From contig JAUQVK010000103.1 of the NCBI GenBank assembly GCA_039794845.1, forward strand, positions 14,884 to 78,883: DNA of 64,000 nucleotides. Reading direction: 5' to 3'. Below are positions 29,283 through 39,204 of the stretch, piece after piece; the first letter of the stretch is position 1, and every line of letters starts with the position of its first letter. The notes under the pieces were generated by a model, which was not told the origin of the DNA, ran no database searches, and was given only the letters and a program-made list of their open reading frames with translations. A program made the position numbers and the translations under genes. Origin of the DNA: Thermostichus sp. DRC_bins_24 (lineage in GTDB: Bacteria > Cyanobacteriota > Cyanobacteriia > Thermostichales > Thermostichaceae).

Positions 29283-30308
29283 ATGCTGGTGACGCAACAA
29301 CCTGTCTTGAAGCGGTTTTGGTATCCGGTGATCCCTGTCAGCCACCTGCAAGCGGGGCCAAAGCCGTTTGAGTTGCTGGGGCAGCGAATCGTGCTCTGGT
29401 TGGATCCAACGGGAAAACCCGCCGCCGTCGAAGATCGCTGTTGCCATCGCACGGCGCGACTTTCGCAAGGTTGTGTGGTGGAAGGAAGGATTCAGTGCCC
29501 CTACCACGGCTGGCAATTCGATGGCTCCGGGGCCTGTGTCAAGGTACCACAGCTGACGGCAACAGAACGGATCCCGAGCAGCTATAAAGTGAGGGCTTTT
29601 CAAACTCAAATTCGCTACGACTACGTTTGGGTGTGTTTGCATGATCGGCCCCTGCAGCCCATCCCCGATTTTCCCGAGGCGGAGGATCCGGGTTTTCGAG
29701 TCATCCACCATTTTTATCAGCGCTTCCCGTGCAGTGGCCTGCGCATGATGGAAAACCTCTTGGATAATGCCCATTTCAGCATCGTTCATACCCAAACCTT
29801 CGGAGATACCAGCAACCCCATCCCCCCGCCGATGGAACTAGAAGAACTGGAATGGGGCTTACGGGCTCGCACCGCCATACCCGCCACCAACCCGCCTCTA
29901 CAGCAGCGAAACCTGGGCATTTTCGAGGAGAAAACCATTCGTTATACCGATGCAACTTGGTTTATGCCGTTCGTGCATCGCGGCCGTATCACTTATCCCA
30001 ATGGGTTAATCGCCGTGCTGTTTATGGCTGCTACCCCCATTAACGATCGCGAGTCTCAGTTGGTGCATTTTTGGATTCGCAGCGACCGAGAAGAAGATGT
30101 TCCTGCTGCGGGGATCATCGAGTTCAACCGCATGGTGGTTCAAGAAGACGAGGCCATTTTGCAAACCACCACCTGGGATACTCCCCTCAGCATCGAAGCC
30201 GAGCAACACCTGGCCGCCGATAAGCCAGGGATCCTGATGCGCCGCAAACTGGCTGCCCTCCTCAAGGCTCACGGAGAAACCGAGCAACGGCACCAAGCTT
30301 CAGGGTAA
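29283..30308 (+). CDS. Rieske aromatic ring-hydroxylating oxygenase alpha subunit
   Basis: DRCCHR...CPYHGWQF Rieske motif, ENLLDNAHFSIVH mononuclear iron motif. Confidence 0.9.
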   Translation: MLVTQQPVLKRFWYPVIPVSHLQAGPKPFELLGQRIVLWLDPTGKPAAVEDRCCHRTARLSQGCVVEGRIQCPYHGWQFDGSGACVKVPQLTATERIPSSYKVRAFQTQIRYDYVWVCLHDRPLQPIPDFPEAEDPGFRVIHHFYQRFPCSGLRMMENLLDNAHFSIVHTQTFGDTSNPIPPPMELEELEWGLRARTAIPATNPPLQQRNLGIFEEKTIRYTDATWFMPFVHRGRITYPNGLIAVLFMAATPINDRESQLVHFWIRSDREEDVPAAGIIEFNRMVVQEDEAILQTTTWDTPLSIEAEQHLAADKPGILMRRKLAALLKAHGETEQRHQASG

Positions 30309-30385
30309 TTCCTAAACCCATACGGCTCTTTAACTTCTTTAACTAATGAGGGGTAAGCCTGCGGCACGCTGCGCTACAGGGAGCG

Positions 30386-30439
30386 ATGACCCTCCGGGTC
30401 GTCCGGAGGACAATGACCCTCCGGGTCGTGCGGAGCACG
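30386..30439. repeat. Imperfect 27-nt tandem repeat of a double-hairpin module
   Basis: ATGACCCTCCGGGTCGTCCGGAGGACA / ATGACCCTCCGGGTCGTGCGGAGCACG. Confidence 0.85.
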
Positions 30440-30566
30440 ATAGGTCCCGTGCTCTGCCCCCTAGGGTCAGCGTCGGGATACATGGACTCCCCGCGCTTGT
30501 CGATTCCCCTGCATGGGCAGGAGACAACCATTCACTGTTCAGTCTGGTGAGCGGTAGAACACAGCT

Positions 30567-30840
30567 ACGCTGACCATGAACTACACCTATCGCATCTATT
30601 CGAATCCATCCCAATGCCCCACAGCAGAGTCCTCTGCGGTCGGGGCTTGAACCGTGCAGAGGCCTGTATAACTACGCCTTGCGCCAACTCAAAGACCGGA
30701 TTGCCTCGCGTAAGTGTCCGATAGACCGATGCTCGTTGGACAAGGAATACATTATTCCTGCCGATGAGCTGTTTCCGTCTTATCACCGTCGGCAAAACAA
30801 CCTGCCCAAAGCCAAGGAGCAATTCCCACATCAAGAAGCA
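30567..30840 (+). pseudogene. tnpB: IS200/IS605-family TnpB N-terminal remnant
   Basis: LTMNYTYRIY, then frame-broken CRGLYNYALRQLKDRIASRKCPIDRCSLDKEYIIPAD..PSYHRRQNNLPKAKEQFP; no RuvC part follows. Confidence 0.8.
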
Positions 30841-30939
30841 GTTCCCACATTGGGGTGTGGGATCCAATCCTTCCCCAAAACCGGGTAATTGGGTGGGGAT
30901 CCCTGACGGGTTAGACTACTTCTCTGTTGGGCACTTCGA

Positions 30940-31101
30940 TTACAGCCCTTGGGCGGGTTTTCTACAGCAGGGAGCGTGTTTCCTGTTCTCGCTCCGCGAG
31001 GTGCGGAGCACTAGCCTTCTAGAGAGCGGATCCTAACTCCCACAGTTGTTGTGCGTGACCGGCGGACACGCCGGTGTGCCCCGGGCGTAAAGGGCTGTAA
31101 A
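30940..31101 (+). mobile_element. MITE-like non-coding element, copy 2
   Basis: TTACAGCCCTTGGGC ... GCGTAAAGGGCTGTAAA ends; shares GTTCTCGCTCCGCxAGGTGCGGAGCAC and GGCGGACACGCCGGTGTGCCC with copy 1. Confidence 0.72.
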
Positions 31102-31302
31102 CGATACATACACTGGGATCCCCATATTCCTTTCCTAGCAAGAGATTCACAGGCTGAAATAAAGGGGAGTCGTTGGTTCAATTCCAGCACAGCCCACATC
31201 TCCAGAATCTGTTGTTCGGCTATTCGGCCGGTTCTTAGCACCAGTGGCTTCACATCAGCCCCGTGCAAGGTCGGAGCTTTACTCAGCCCAATCTCGGGAT
31301 CC

Positions 31303-32034
31303 TCATAAATCCAGACCATTCGGCCAGGCTTGTGCTTGCCAATCCACCTCGAAACACTGCCGCGCCACCCGCAAAAAATGGTCGATCAAGCCCGGGATCC
31401 CGGGCGCCTCCGGGCAAATCTCGTGAATCCCGATCACCTGAGAACCTGGCAAATACTGCCCCCAAAGCTCCAGATTGGGCCGCAGCAAAAGGGATCCCTG
31501 TTGTAGGATCCCCCAGGGTTGCCACAGTTGCGCACTGCCCATCAGCTTTTTGCCCTGCCAGCTCAGATCGGCCCGGGTGCGGGTGGCGAAGCAACTGGTT
31601 TTGTTGAGGTAGAGGCGTTCGTGGGTCTGGCATTCGGGAGAGCTCGGGGGATCCACAGCAATGCCCAACTCCGCCAACCCCTGCACCCAAAAGCGGCAGC
31701 AGTAGTCGTACACACAGGCCCGCTTCAAGTTGGGCAACCTTGCTTGCAAAGAGGACAGGGGCATAACCAAGCTGTAGGTGAGCTCTGCCGCATCCTCAGC
31801 CGCCTGATGCAACACCGCTCGCCCCCCTGTAGGCCGCTGCACCGTTGGGATCCCTGGCGGCGGATCTGACCAAACTTGATGTCGCCCCAGCGAGAGGGTG
31901 AGCCGATCCCAGCCATAAAAGCGTAAACAGGGCTGTGGATCCCGACGGAGCCTGTGCAAAAGCTGGCGATCCTGCTCCATTTGCCAAGTGCCAGAGGCCA
32001 CCCGATAGGGCAGCCAGTACCCGTGGGATCCCAT
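31303..32034 (-). CDS. Lipoate-protein ligase / octanoyltransferase family protein
   Basis: LRFYGW..TLSLGRHQ, RPTGGRAVLH, ELTYS, GKKLMGSAQ, LQQGS. Confidence 0.85.
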   Translation of the reverse strand: MGSHGYWLPYRVASGTWQMEQDRQLLHRLRRDPQPCLRFYGWDRLTLSLGRHQVWSDPPPGIPTVQRPTGGRAVLHQAAEDAAELTYSLVMPLSSLQARLPNLKRACVYDYCCRFWVQGLAELGIAVDPPSSPECQTHERLYLNKTSCFATRTRADLSWQGKKLMGSAQLWQPWGILQQGSLLLRPNLELWGQYLPGSQVIGIHEICPEAPGIPGLIDHFLRVARQCFEVDWQAQAWPNGLDL

Positions 32035-32055
32035 GTTTGTTGGCAAAGCTAGGGG

Positions 32056-32529
32056 TTAAGCCTTCGGGAACTCGGTTTGTAGAGGCTCATCGTATTCATC
32101 TGCCAAGCTGGCCACGATGGTGATGGCACGAGAAATTTCACCCGCGGTGATCCCTTCCAGGGTGCGGTAGTAGTTGAGCACCACCTGATCATTCCAAATG
32201 CAAAAGCGGGCTTCGAGGGTGTCGCTCCAGTTTTTCTCCAGCAATTTTTGCATCAATTTGGCCGGCTCTGCCACGGGTAGGGTTAAGACTGGCGACCACA
32301 CCGAAAGGGTGTCTTCTACAGATTCGCCGCTCAAATGGACGAATACTTCCACCGTGCCGTAGGTGAACTTCCAGGTGTGCCCCTGCTCATGGTTCTCGTA
32401 GGCGGCATCCTCCTTGAGGCTAGAGACCACTGCTGAGACGATCTCGGCGTAGTGGATCGGTTCTTGCGAGTCCAGAAAAGTTTCTGGAGAACGGTCGAAG
32501 GCGCTCATGAGCGGCTCACTGTAGACCAT
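32056..32529 (-). CDS. YbjN domain protein
   Basis: WKFTYGTVEVFVHLSG...KLLEKNW..TLEARF...EISRAITIVASLADEYD. Confidence 0.8.
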   Translation of the reverse strand: MVYSEPLMSAFDRSPETFLDSQEPIHYAEIVSAVVSSLKEDAAYENHEQGHTWKFTYGTVEVFVHLSGESVEDTLSVWSPVLTLPVAEPAKLMQKLLEKNWSDTLEARFCIWNDQVVLNYYRTLEGITAGEISRAITIVASLADEYDEPLQTEFPKA

Positions 32530-32657
32530 GGTCTTGTTCCCTACTCCCTATCCAACCACCTCAACTATACCGCCTGGAGATCCGACCCATCCGGTCACCC
32601 ACTTTGAGGCCATTCTCGAGCCAGAATAAAACTGTTCGTGGTCGAGGAGGTTCTCCG

Positions 32658-32990
32658 ATGCCGCAGATCCAAGTTCAAGAGCGTACCCTTTCCTGTGGGG
32701 AGGGAGCCAATCTCCGCCAGGTGTTGCTAGAAGCTGGGATCCCGCTTTACAATCCACCGGCTCACATTGTGAACTGTCATGGGCTGGGCACCTGTGGTAC
32801 CTGTGCGGTGCAGATCGAAGGAGACGTTTCCCCAATGGGCTGGCGAGAGCGAACCCGTCTGTCTTTGCCCCCCCATCAGCTCTCAAAAGGGTTGCGCTTG
32901 GCCTGTCAGGTGCAGGTGCTGGGGGATCTCAAGGTAACCAAGTGGCCGGGCATGTGGGGACAAAACATACCCTCGGCAACGCAAGCGTAA
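32658..32990 (+). CDS. 2Fe-2S ferredoxin-like protein
   Basis: NCHGLGTCGTC...RLACQ; GAGGAGG ribosome-binding site upstream. Confidence 0.88.
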   Translation: MPQIQVQERTLSCGEGANLRQVLLEAGIPLYNPPAHIVNCHGLGTCGTCAVQIEGDVSPMGWRERTRLSLPPHQLSKGLRLACQVQVLGDLKVTKWPGMWGQNIPSATQA

Positions 32991-33052
32991 AGGATAGACC
33001 TGTGAACTCTTGGCAATCTGATCCCCTTCAGTCTGCTCCTTTTGGCGAAGGG

Positions 33053-33766
33053 ATGATCGGCATTCTCGGGGCCCTGCCGGAAGAGGTGGCCATGCTCACC
33101 GAGGCGATGGAAACCCTCTCCACCCAAACCCATCTGGGACGGCAATTTCATCAGGGATCCCTGGCCGGACAACCGGTGGTGGTGGTGCAGGGGGGGGTGG
33201 GCAAGGTGAGGGCGGCAACCACGGCGGCCCTGTTGGTGGCGCATTTTCCGTTGCGGGGCATCCTTTTCACGGGGGTGGCTGGCGCTTTGGTGGAGCATCT
33301 GCAGATGGGGGATGTGGTGCTGGCCCACGCGGCCATTGAGCACGATTTCGGCACCGGACGGGAGGAGGGCTTTGTGTTGGGCATTGATTTTATTCCTGAG
33401 TTACGGCACCCCTTGGCCCAAGCCGATAGCGCCCTTTACGACCTGATCGTGGCCCATCCCGAGAAGATTCCCCTCCACCCTCTGCAAGGGCGGGATCCCG
33501 TCATTCATCAAGGCTTGGTGGCAACCGGGGATGTGTTTGTGGCCCATGCGGGGTTGCGGCAAGAGATCCAAAAACGCACGGGTGCGCTGGTGGTGGAAAT
33601 GGAGGGGGCAGCGGTGGTGCGCGTGGCCCAAGAGGCCGGGATCCCCTGTTTGCTGGTGCGCTCCGTCAGTGATGCCGGGGATGATACGGATTTTTTGAGC
33701 TTTTTTCAGACAGCAGCTCTCAATTCAGCGGCAGTGGTCAACACCGTGCTGCAAAACCTGCCCTAG
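33053..33766 (+). CDS. mtnN: 5'-methylthioadenosine/S-adenosylhomocysteine nucleosidase
   Basis: MIGILGALPEEV, GVGKVRAA, FTGVAG, TGDVFV, VEMEGAAV, RSVSD. Confidence 0.88.
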   Translation: MIGILGALPEEVAMLTEAMETLSTQTHLGRQFHQGSLAGQPVVVVQGGVGKVRAATTAALLVAHFPLRGILFTGVAGALVEHLQMGDVVLAHAAIEHDFGTGREEGFVLGIDFIPELRHPLAQADSALYDLIVAHPEKIPLHPLQGRDPVIHQGLVATGDVFVAHAGLRQEIQKRTGALVVEMEGAAVVRVAQEAGIPCLLVRSVSDAGDDTDFLSFFQTAALNSAAVVNTVLQNLP

Positions 33767-35580
33767 CCCTTCTTGAGCCAATCTTGAATTTCCTGCGCCA
33801 ACCAGCGGCACTCCACCCAGCTGAGGGGATAGCCCCCCAGTCGGTAACTTTTAATGCCCACCTGCAGGGTTACCCAGTGGCTGTTCACCGCCCAAGGCAC
33901 CTGTTGCCCTTGTTCGTGGAAAGCGCCCAAAACGGCGGCGGTCGGCTCCTGTCGCCGCAGGTAAATGCCCAAAAACCGCCGCTCGATCTGAACCTGATCC
34001 CGCCGCAGGGTAAGGCGGGTACGGCCAAACGCCACCTGGAATCCCCACGCGGCCACCCCCCACAAGGCCAAGGCAAACGGCCAGGATCCCAGGGATAAGA
34101 TCACCGCTGCAAAGACAGTCCAAAGCCCCACCGGAAACAGATCCCCCCAGTAGAGTCCTCGTCGGGGCAAGCAGATCTGCACCTGTGCGGGGGTGGCCTC
34201 CAGTTGGATGCGGCAGCCGTAGGGTTTCGGGATCCGTTGCGGCATCGGGTTCCGTCTGGAGTCGGCAGAGAGGGGTTCGCCACGGGCAGCGGTGAAGAAG
34301 CACTGGGGGTAGTGAATCTTCTGCAGATGGGCAAGGAGATGACCTGCTGTGAGCTGGGTGAGATCCCGAGGGATCCCGTCTGAGCCATCTGAGTTGGGGA
34401 GCTTGGGGTCTGGGGGTGGCTCATCGGGGTGCAAACTCTGCAAAGCCTGCAGTGCTGCCAAGGCAGTGCGATAGCGGTTTTCCGGGGCCGGTTCGATTAA
34501 GCGGTCGATCCAACGGGCCAAGGCCGGGGAAATGCTGATGCGTCCGGCGAACTGGATCTTCAACCGGTGCTGTGGCAAATCGGCAGGAGGGGTGCCGGTG
34601 AGCAAATGGATCAGGGTAGCCCCCAGCGCGTACAGATCCGAAGCGGGTACGGCCCGCCCACCAAATTGTTCTACCGGAGCATAGCCGTAGGATCCCACCA
34701 CCGTAAAGCTCTGGCCAGGACTGGGGCTGCGATCCTGTACCGAGCCAAAGTCCACCACATGGGTGCGGCCCCGGTCATCGGCAATCAGGTTGCTGGGTTT
34801 GATATCCCGATGCAAGAGGGGCGGGCTGAGTTGGTGCAGGTAGACCAAAACCGACAGCACATCGGCTGCAATCCGCCGCACCTCTGCCTCGGTGAAGCGA
34901 TGCCCCGCCTCCAGAAGCGCCTTGAGGGAGTGTCCCGGCACGTAGGTCTGGGCCAAGCCAAACCAGGTGGTGTGGTCAGGGGTGGTGAATTCAAATGAGT
35001 CGCAATAGCGGGGGATCAAGGGGTGATCCAGATGCTGCAGCACACGTGCTTCCCGCTGGAACAACTTAAAATCGGCCCACTGCAAGCCCGGTTCAAAGGG
35101 CAACAGCTTGAGCACCACTTGAGTGGGGTGGTGTGCCCCGGCTCCCTTCTTGCTTTCGGCCAACCAAGTGCGCCTGCGATCATTCTGGGCCAACTGCCGC
35201 AGCAGCCGATAGGTTCCCGCCAGAATGGCCCCGGTTTGCAAAAGGTTAGCGGGCGGATCCTGCTCTGACTCCTGGGAAGGTCCCGACAATACACACACCT
35301 GTCGCCACTGGGGTTTTGCCCCTTGCCCCCCTGAGATCTCCGCTGAGATCTCTAACGTGTCGAGGCCAGGGATCCCTAGGCGCAAAAAGCCCGCCTGCAG
35401 GGAAGGGATCACTGCAGCCGCTGCAACACTCCGCTCGGTTTGCAACTGGATGTGCAGGGTGGAGCCCCTCCGAGTCAGGAGGGGCCGGATCCCTTTCGGG
35501 CCCAAAGCACGGTGCAGCAGTTGAGTAAGGGCGGCCAGATCCCCCTGTCGCGCCGGTTTTATCAGGTCAGAGTGGTTCAT
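33763..35580 (-). CDS. Serine/threonine protein kinase with C-terminal membrane segments
   Basis: VVLKLL, HRDIKPSNL, DFGSVQ, GSYGYAPVEQF, DLYALG. Confidence 0.92.
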   Translation of the reverse strand: MNHSDLIKPARQGDLAALTQLLHRALGPKGIRPLLTRRGSTLHIQLQTERSVAAAAVIPSLQAGFLRLGIPGLDTLEISAEISGGQGAKPQWRQVCVLSGPSQESEQDPPANLLQTGAILAGTYRLLRQLAQNDRRRTWLAESKKGAGAHHPTQVVLKLLPFEPGLQWADFKLFQREARVLQHLDHPLIPRYCDSFEFTTPDHTTWFGLAQTYVPGHSLKALLEAGHRFTEAEVRRIAADVLSVLVYLHQLSPPLLHRDIKPSNLIADDRGRTHVVDFGSVQDRSPSPGQSFTVVGSYGYAPVEQFGGRAVPASDLYALGATLIHLLTGTPPADLPQHRLKIQFAGRISISPALARWIDRLIEPAPENRYRTALAALQALQSLHPDEPPPDPKLPNSDGSDGIPRDLTQLTAGHLLAHLQKIHYPQCFFTAARGEPLSADSRRNPMPQRIPKPYGCRIQLEATPAQVQICLPRRGLYWGDLFPVGLWTVFAAVILSLGSWPFALALWGVAAWGFQVAFGRTRLTLRRDQVQIERRFLGIYLRRQEPTAAVLGAFHEQGQQVPWAVNSHWVTLQVGIKSYRLGGYPLSWVECRWLAQEIQDWLKKG

Positions 35581-35683
35581 TCGCGGTACCCGAGCCTGAT
35601 CTCTAGGGTAGGCTGACGACGAGCTACGAGAAGGGCGATTTTAGGATTTGCCCAACGCGCCCCAGTGGGGGATCCCGGCGGGG

Positions 35684-37216
35684 TCAGGGTTGGGCCGCTG
35701 CTGCTTGCCGTGCCAAGACCCACTCCACCAGCGTGCGTACCCCGTAGCCCGTAGCCCCTTTGTTGTTGTAGCCGGAGTCTCGCTCCGTCCATACCGGGCC
35801 AGCCACATCCAAGTGGGCCCAGGGGGTTTTCTCTACAAATTGCTTCAGGAACAGCGAGGCAGTGATCGAGCCGCCCGGACGGGGGCCGGTATTTTTCATA
35901 TCCGCCACGATGGAGCTGAGCCCCTCGAAGTAGCTCTCCTCCATCGGCATCCGCCAAATTTTCTCCCCCGAAAGATTGGCTGCCTGCTGCAATTCCTGAG
36001 CTAGGGTCTCATCTTGAGTGAACAACCCGGCAATTTCTTCTCCCAATGCAATCACACAAGCGCCCGTCAGGGTGGCCAAATCGAGAATGGCATCCACCCC
36101 CAACTTTTCGGCAAACACCAGCGCATCCGCCAAGGTGAGGCGACCTTCCGCATCGGTGTTGTTGATCTCGATGGTCTTCTGGTTGGAGGCGGTAAGGATA
36201 TCCCCTGGGTGCATGCCGTGGCCGCTGATCATGTTTTCGGTAGCGGCGACGATAAAGTGCAGCTCTGCCTGAGGCTTGAGGGCGGCCAGGGCACGCGCTG
36301 CCCCCAAGACCGCCGCGGATCCCCCCATATCGGTTTTCATCATGGCGATGCTGCGGGAGTCGGTTTTGATGTTCAAGCCGCCGGAGTCGAAGGTGAGACC
36401 CTTGCCCACCAGCGCCAACTTGGTGACGGGATCCCCCTGTTCGGGCTTGTAGGTGAGGTGAATAAACTGCGGCGGCAGATCCGAGGCTTTGGCCACCCCC
36501 AAAAAGGCTCCCATGCCCAGGGCTTCGCATTCTTCCTGGCCCAAAATCTCCACCTGTAGGCCGTACTCCTGGGCCAGTTGACGCGCAGTCTCCGCCAGCG
36601 TGAGGGGGGTAACAATGTTGGCGGGGGCAGCCACCAGTTCCCGTGCCAAGATTGTGCCCGCCGCCAGTTCGATAGCCCGTTGCAGCGCGGCTTCGTAGTC
36701 GGGGCGAGCCTGGGCCAACCCTGGTACCAAGAGGGTTACCTCCTGCACCGAAAACCCACTGTCTCCCTCACCTTTGGGCTGCGACTTAAACCGGACATCT
36801 TGATGAGCCACCAACAGGCTGGCTTCGGCCACCGCCTGCACCACCCGCACCCGATCCAGACCGGTTTCCGGCAAAGACAGCATCACCTGCTTGGCTTTTA
36901 AGCTGTGGGCCTGGCGCAGGCCGTTGGCTGTGGCCCGGCGCAGGGCTTCTAAGGTGAGGGTGGCGGGATCCCCCAACCCCACCAACACCACCTTGCGGAT
37001 GTCTCCAGTTACTCGCAGCGCGACGCTGCTGTTGGGCTTCCCCTGAAATCCCTGCTCCTGGACGACTTCCGCCAGCAGTCCCGACCACACTTTCTCATCC
37101 CAAGGGGCGATCTCGCCAGGCAAGGAGAAGTTGCCATTCCCACCCGAGGGGGCAAAGCAGTAAACCAGGGCACATTCCCCCTGAGTGAGCGGCGGATCGC
37201 TGAGATGGAGCTGCAT
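35684..37216 (-). CDS. pepA: Leucyl aminopeptidase (M17)
   Basis: [44 protein letters not shown]. Confidence 0.95.
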   Translation of the reverse strand: MQLHLSDPPLTQGECALVYCFAPSGGNGNFSLPGEIAPWDEKVWSGLLAEVVQEQGFQGKPNSSVALRVTGDIRKVVLVGLGDPATLTLEALRRATANGLRQAHSLKAKQVMLSLPETGLDRVRVVQAVAEASLLVAHQDVRFKSQPKGEGDSGFSVQEVTLLVPGLAQARPDYEAALQRAIELAAGTILARELVAAPANIVTPLTLAETARQLAQEYGLQVEILGQEECEALGMGAFLGVAKASDLPPQFIHLTYKPEQGDPVTKLALVGKGLTFDSGGLNIKTDSRSIAMMKTDMGGSAAVLGAARALAALKPQAELHFIVAATENMISGHGMHPGDILTASNQKTIEINNTDAEGRLTLADALVFAEKLGVDAILDLATLTGACVIALGEEIAGLFTQDETLAQELQQAANLSGEKIWRMPMEESYFEGLSSIVADMKNTGPRPGGSITASLFLKQFVEKTPWAHLDVAGPVWTERDSGYNNKGATGYGVRTLVEWVLARQAAAAQP

Positions 37217-37439
37217 GAGAAACCTTTTGCCAATCTGTCAACAGAAGATTTTCAGTTTATCCAATTCCACTTATCCAATTCCACCGGCCTCTGGGGTGAA
37301 GGGATCCCGCCCCTTGAGATTGGGTCAAGAATGGCAACCCCAATGCCCCTTGTGAAGACAAGCTGCGGTAGGTTGAGAAGACTTGTGCAACCGTTGCCGG
37401 AGGGCATTGAGCATGGTCGGGATCCCAATCCCAACTTTC

Positions 37440-37835
37440 ATGACGGATTCAGGGCTTCTCCTCAGTTGGTCACGGGCTTATTGCGGCTGGGTGTGCGGAG
37501 CGTTGGTGCCTGCTTGTTTGCTGATTACCTTGCAGGTTTTGCTGTTGACGGCATTTGGGTATCCCCGACGCTGGATCCCGGCCTTGGCTTGTTGGTTCTG
37601 GGTTGGCCTGCTGGAGGCCCATGTGCTGAGCTGGTTTTGGGTGGGGGTGGTGCGGATCCCGACTTTTGTGTTGATTGGGCTGGGGGTGCTCTGTCTGGTG
37701 TTAACCGGTTGGGCAATGGTTTTCCCCACACCATTGCAGCGTCTGGGCCGGTGGACAAAGAAGTGGCTGAGGGGCAGGCCTAGCCCTCTAGTGGGCAGGT
37801 CGGAAAATGCCGAAACAGGAGGTATAGCCATGTAA
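37440..37835 (+). CDS. Hypothetical membrane protein (cyanobacterial)
   Basis: Three hydrophobic segments; SRAYCGWVCGALVPACLL...HVLSWFWVGVVRIPTFVL pattern; start uncertain. Confidence 0.55.
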   Translation: MTDSGLLLSWSRAYCGWVCGALVPACLLITLQVLLLTAFGYPRRWIPALACWFWVGLLEAHVLSWFWVGVVRIPTFVLIGLGVLCLVLTGWAMVFPTPLQRLGRWTKKWLRGRPSPLVGRSENAETGGIAM

Positions 37836-39128
37836 AAAGGTGGATCCCCCAACGGGGCCGATCTCGCCATTGCAAAAGAAGCCCCCCAAAGGCAGTTCCC
37901 CGAGCAATTCCCGAAACTGCTGTGAATCAAAGTTAGGGGTGCCGTACAACCCTTGTCCGCGCCCCAAACAGGAGAACATCAACGCTCCACAGGGATCCGG
38001 CCTTGCTGCCGGCGGTTGCTCTTGAGAACGACTTTGACCCAAGTTGTGCTCAGCACCATACCGGCTCAGAGCCCAGCGCAAATCCTCCGCCGAAGTTTGG
38101 GCATCCCGCAGATGAAATTGCACCGTCTGGCCGGGGCGCACCCGATCCCCGATGGCCATCGCCCCCACCCGCGGGTCAATTCCCAAAATCACCCGAATCA
38201 AAAAATCGCCCGGCGTTGGCTCCGACTTGAACTCGTTCATGAGCAGGCCAATGAAGAGAGAGTGGCGGGCCAGTTGTTGATCGGCGGGGCTGAGTCGTTC
38301 TGCCAACTCCTGCAGAAGGGGTAAAGGGGCACGACCCTCGAGGCCGAGAATCACATTTCCCTCTGCTTCTGTCACCCGCAGAGGAATCCCGATCGGACGG
38401 CAGCCCTGAGCCACCACCGCCTCCAGCATCACGTTGCCGTAGAGGGCTAACCCCACCGTGCCTTCTCGATGCATTTCCCGCCGAGGAGTGGGGGTACGTG
38501 CATCCAACAAAAACAGGGCATTGCTGTTGGGGCCACGGCCCCCACTGGCCAATCCCCCCACCTTGACGGCACCAGGATAGGCAAAGTCCAACCCCTGCAA
38601 CAGCTCAGAAACTCCCGAGGAAAAGCCATCCGCCAAAATCAGGAAATGGGGCTTGGTCTGGGGCGAAACCCCAATGAGGTCGATCCAAGCAGCAGGAGCC
38701 GCATCCAGATCCGGCAGCTGATGGCTCCGCACATGGAAAGGATGCACCACCACGTCCGGCATCACGGCCAAAGACAACGATAGAGCCGGGCCATCTTCAA
38801 TTTCATGCCCCCCACCGACAATGCCCCCGCCGGAGCAGCCGATCAACACCTCCACCTCCAGCAGATCCGACAGCAGTGGCAACACCCGGATGTATTCGCT
38901 GGCAAAAGCCCCCGAAACAAATAGGATTCCCAGCGTGGGTCGAGGGGGTTGAGGGGAGACATACCCTGTTAGCACCCCCGGCAAGCTGCCGGATCCCACC
39001 GTTTGGACCTGCCGAGTCAGGGCACTTTTCAGCTGGGCCGCCTGAAGCTTTACCTTAGCCTCCTCCACCACTTGCCGCAGAGCCGCTTCTAGGGAAGGAA
39101 GCTGAGAGAGCGCATTCACCCACTGCAT
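37788..39128 (-). CDS. FIST N/C domain protein
   Basis: GCSGGGIVG, GGLASG, VAQGCRPIG, FSCLGRG, GFFCNGEIGP..LHGYTS. Confidence 0.9.
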   Translation of the reverse strand: MQWVNALSQLPSLEAALRQVVEEAKVKLQAAQLKSALTRQVQTVGSGSLPGVLTGYVSPQPPRPTLGILFVSGAFASEYIRVLPLLSDLLEVEVLIGCSGGGIVGGGHEIEDGPALSLSLAVMPDVVVHPFHVRSHQLPDLDAAPAAWIDLIGVSPQTKPHFLILADGFSSGVSELLQGLDFAYPGAVKVGGLASGGRGPNSNALFLLDARTPTPRREMHREGTVGLALYGNVMLEAVVAQGCRPIGIPLRVTEAEGNVILGLEGRAPLPLLQELAERLSPADQQLARHSLFIGLLMNEFKSEPTPGDFLIRVILGIDPRVGAMAIGDRVRPGQTVQFHLRDAQTSAEDLRWALSRYGAEHNLGQSRSQEQPPAARPDPCGALMFSCLGRGQGLYGTPNFDSQQFRELLGELPLGGFFCNGEIGPVGGSTFLHGYTSCFGIFRPAH

Positions 39129-39204
39129 CGGCGTGTTCCTAGGGTATGAAGCTTGCTGTCTTTAGGCTAACAAGTTATAGCTGTTATGGCTGGACCGGCT
39201 CAGT

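Noticed and set aside
30386..30439. Possible mini CRISPR array (also 6988-7030)
   Set aside because: Only two units, spacers of about 10-11 nt, and no cas genes or leader.
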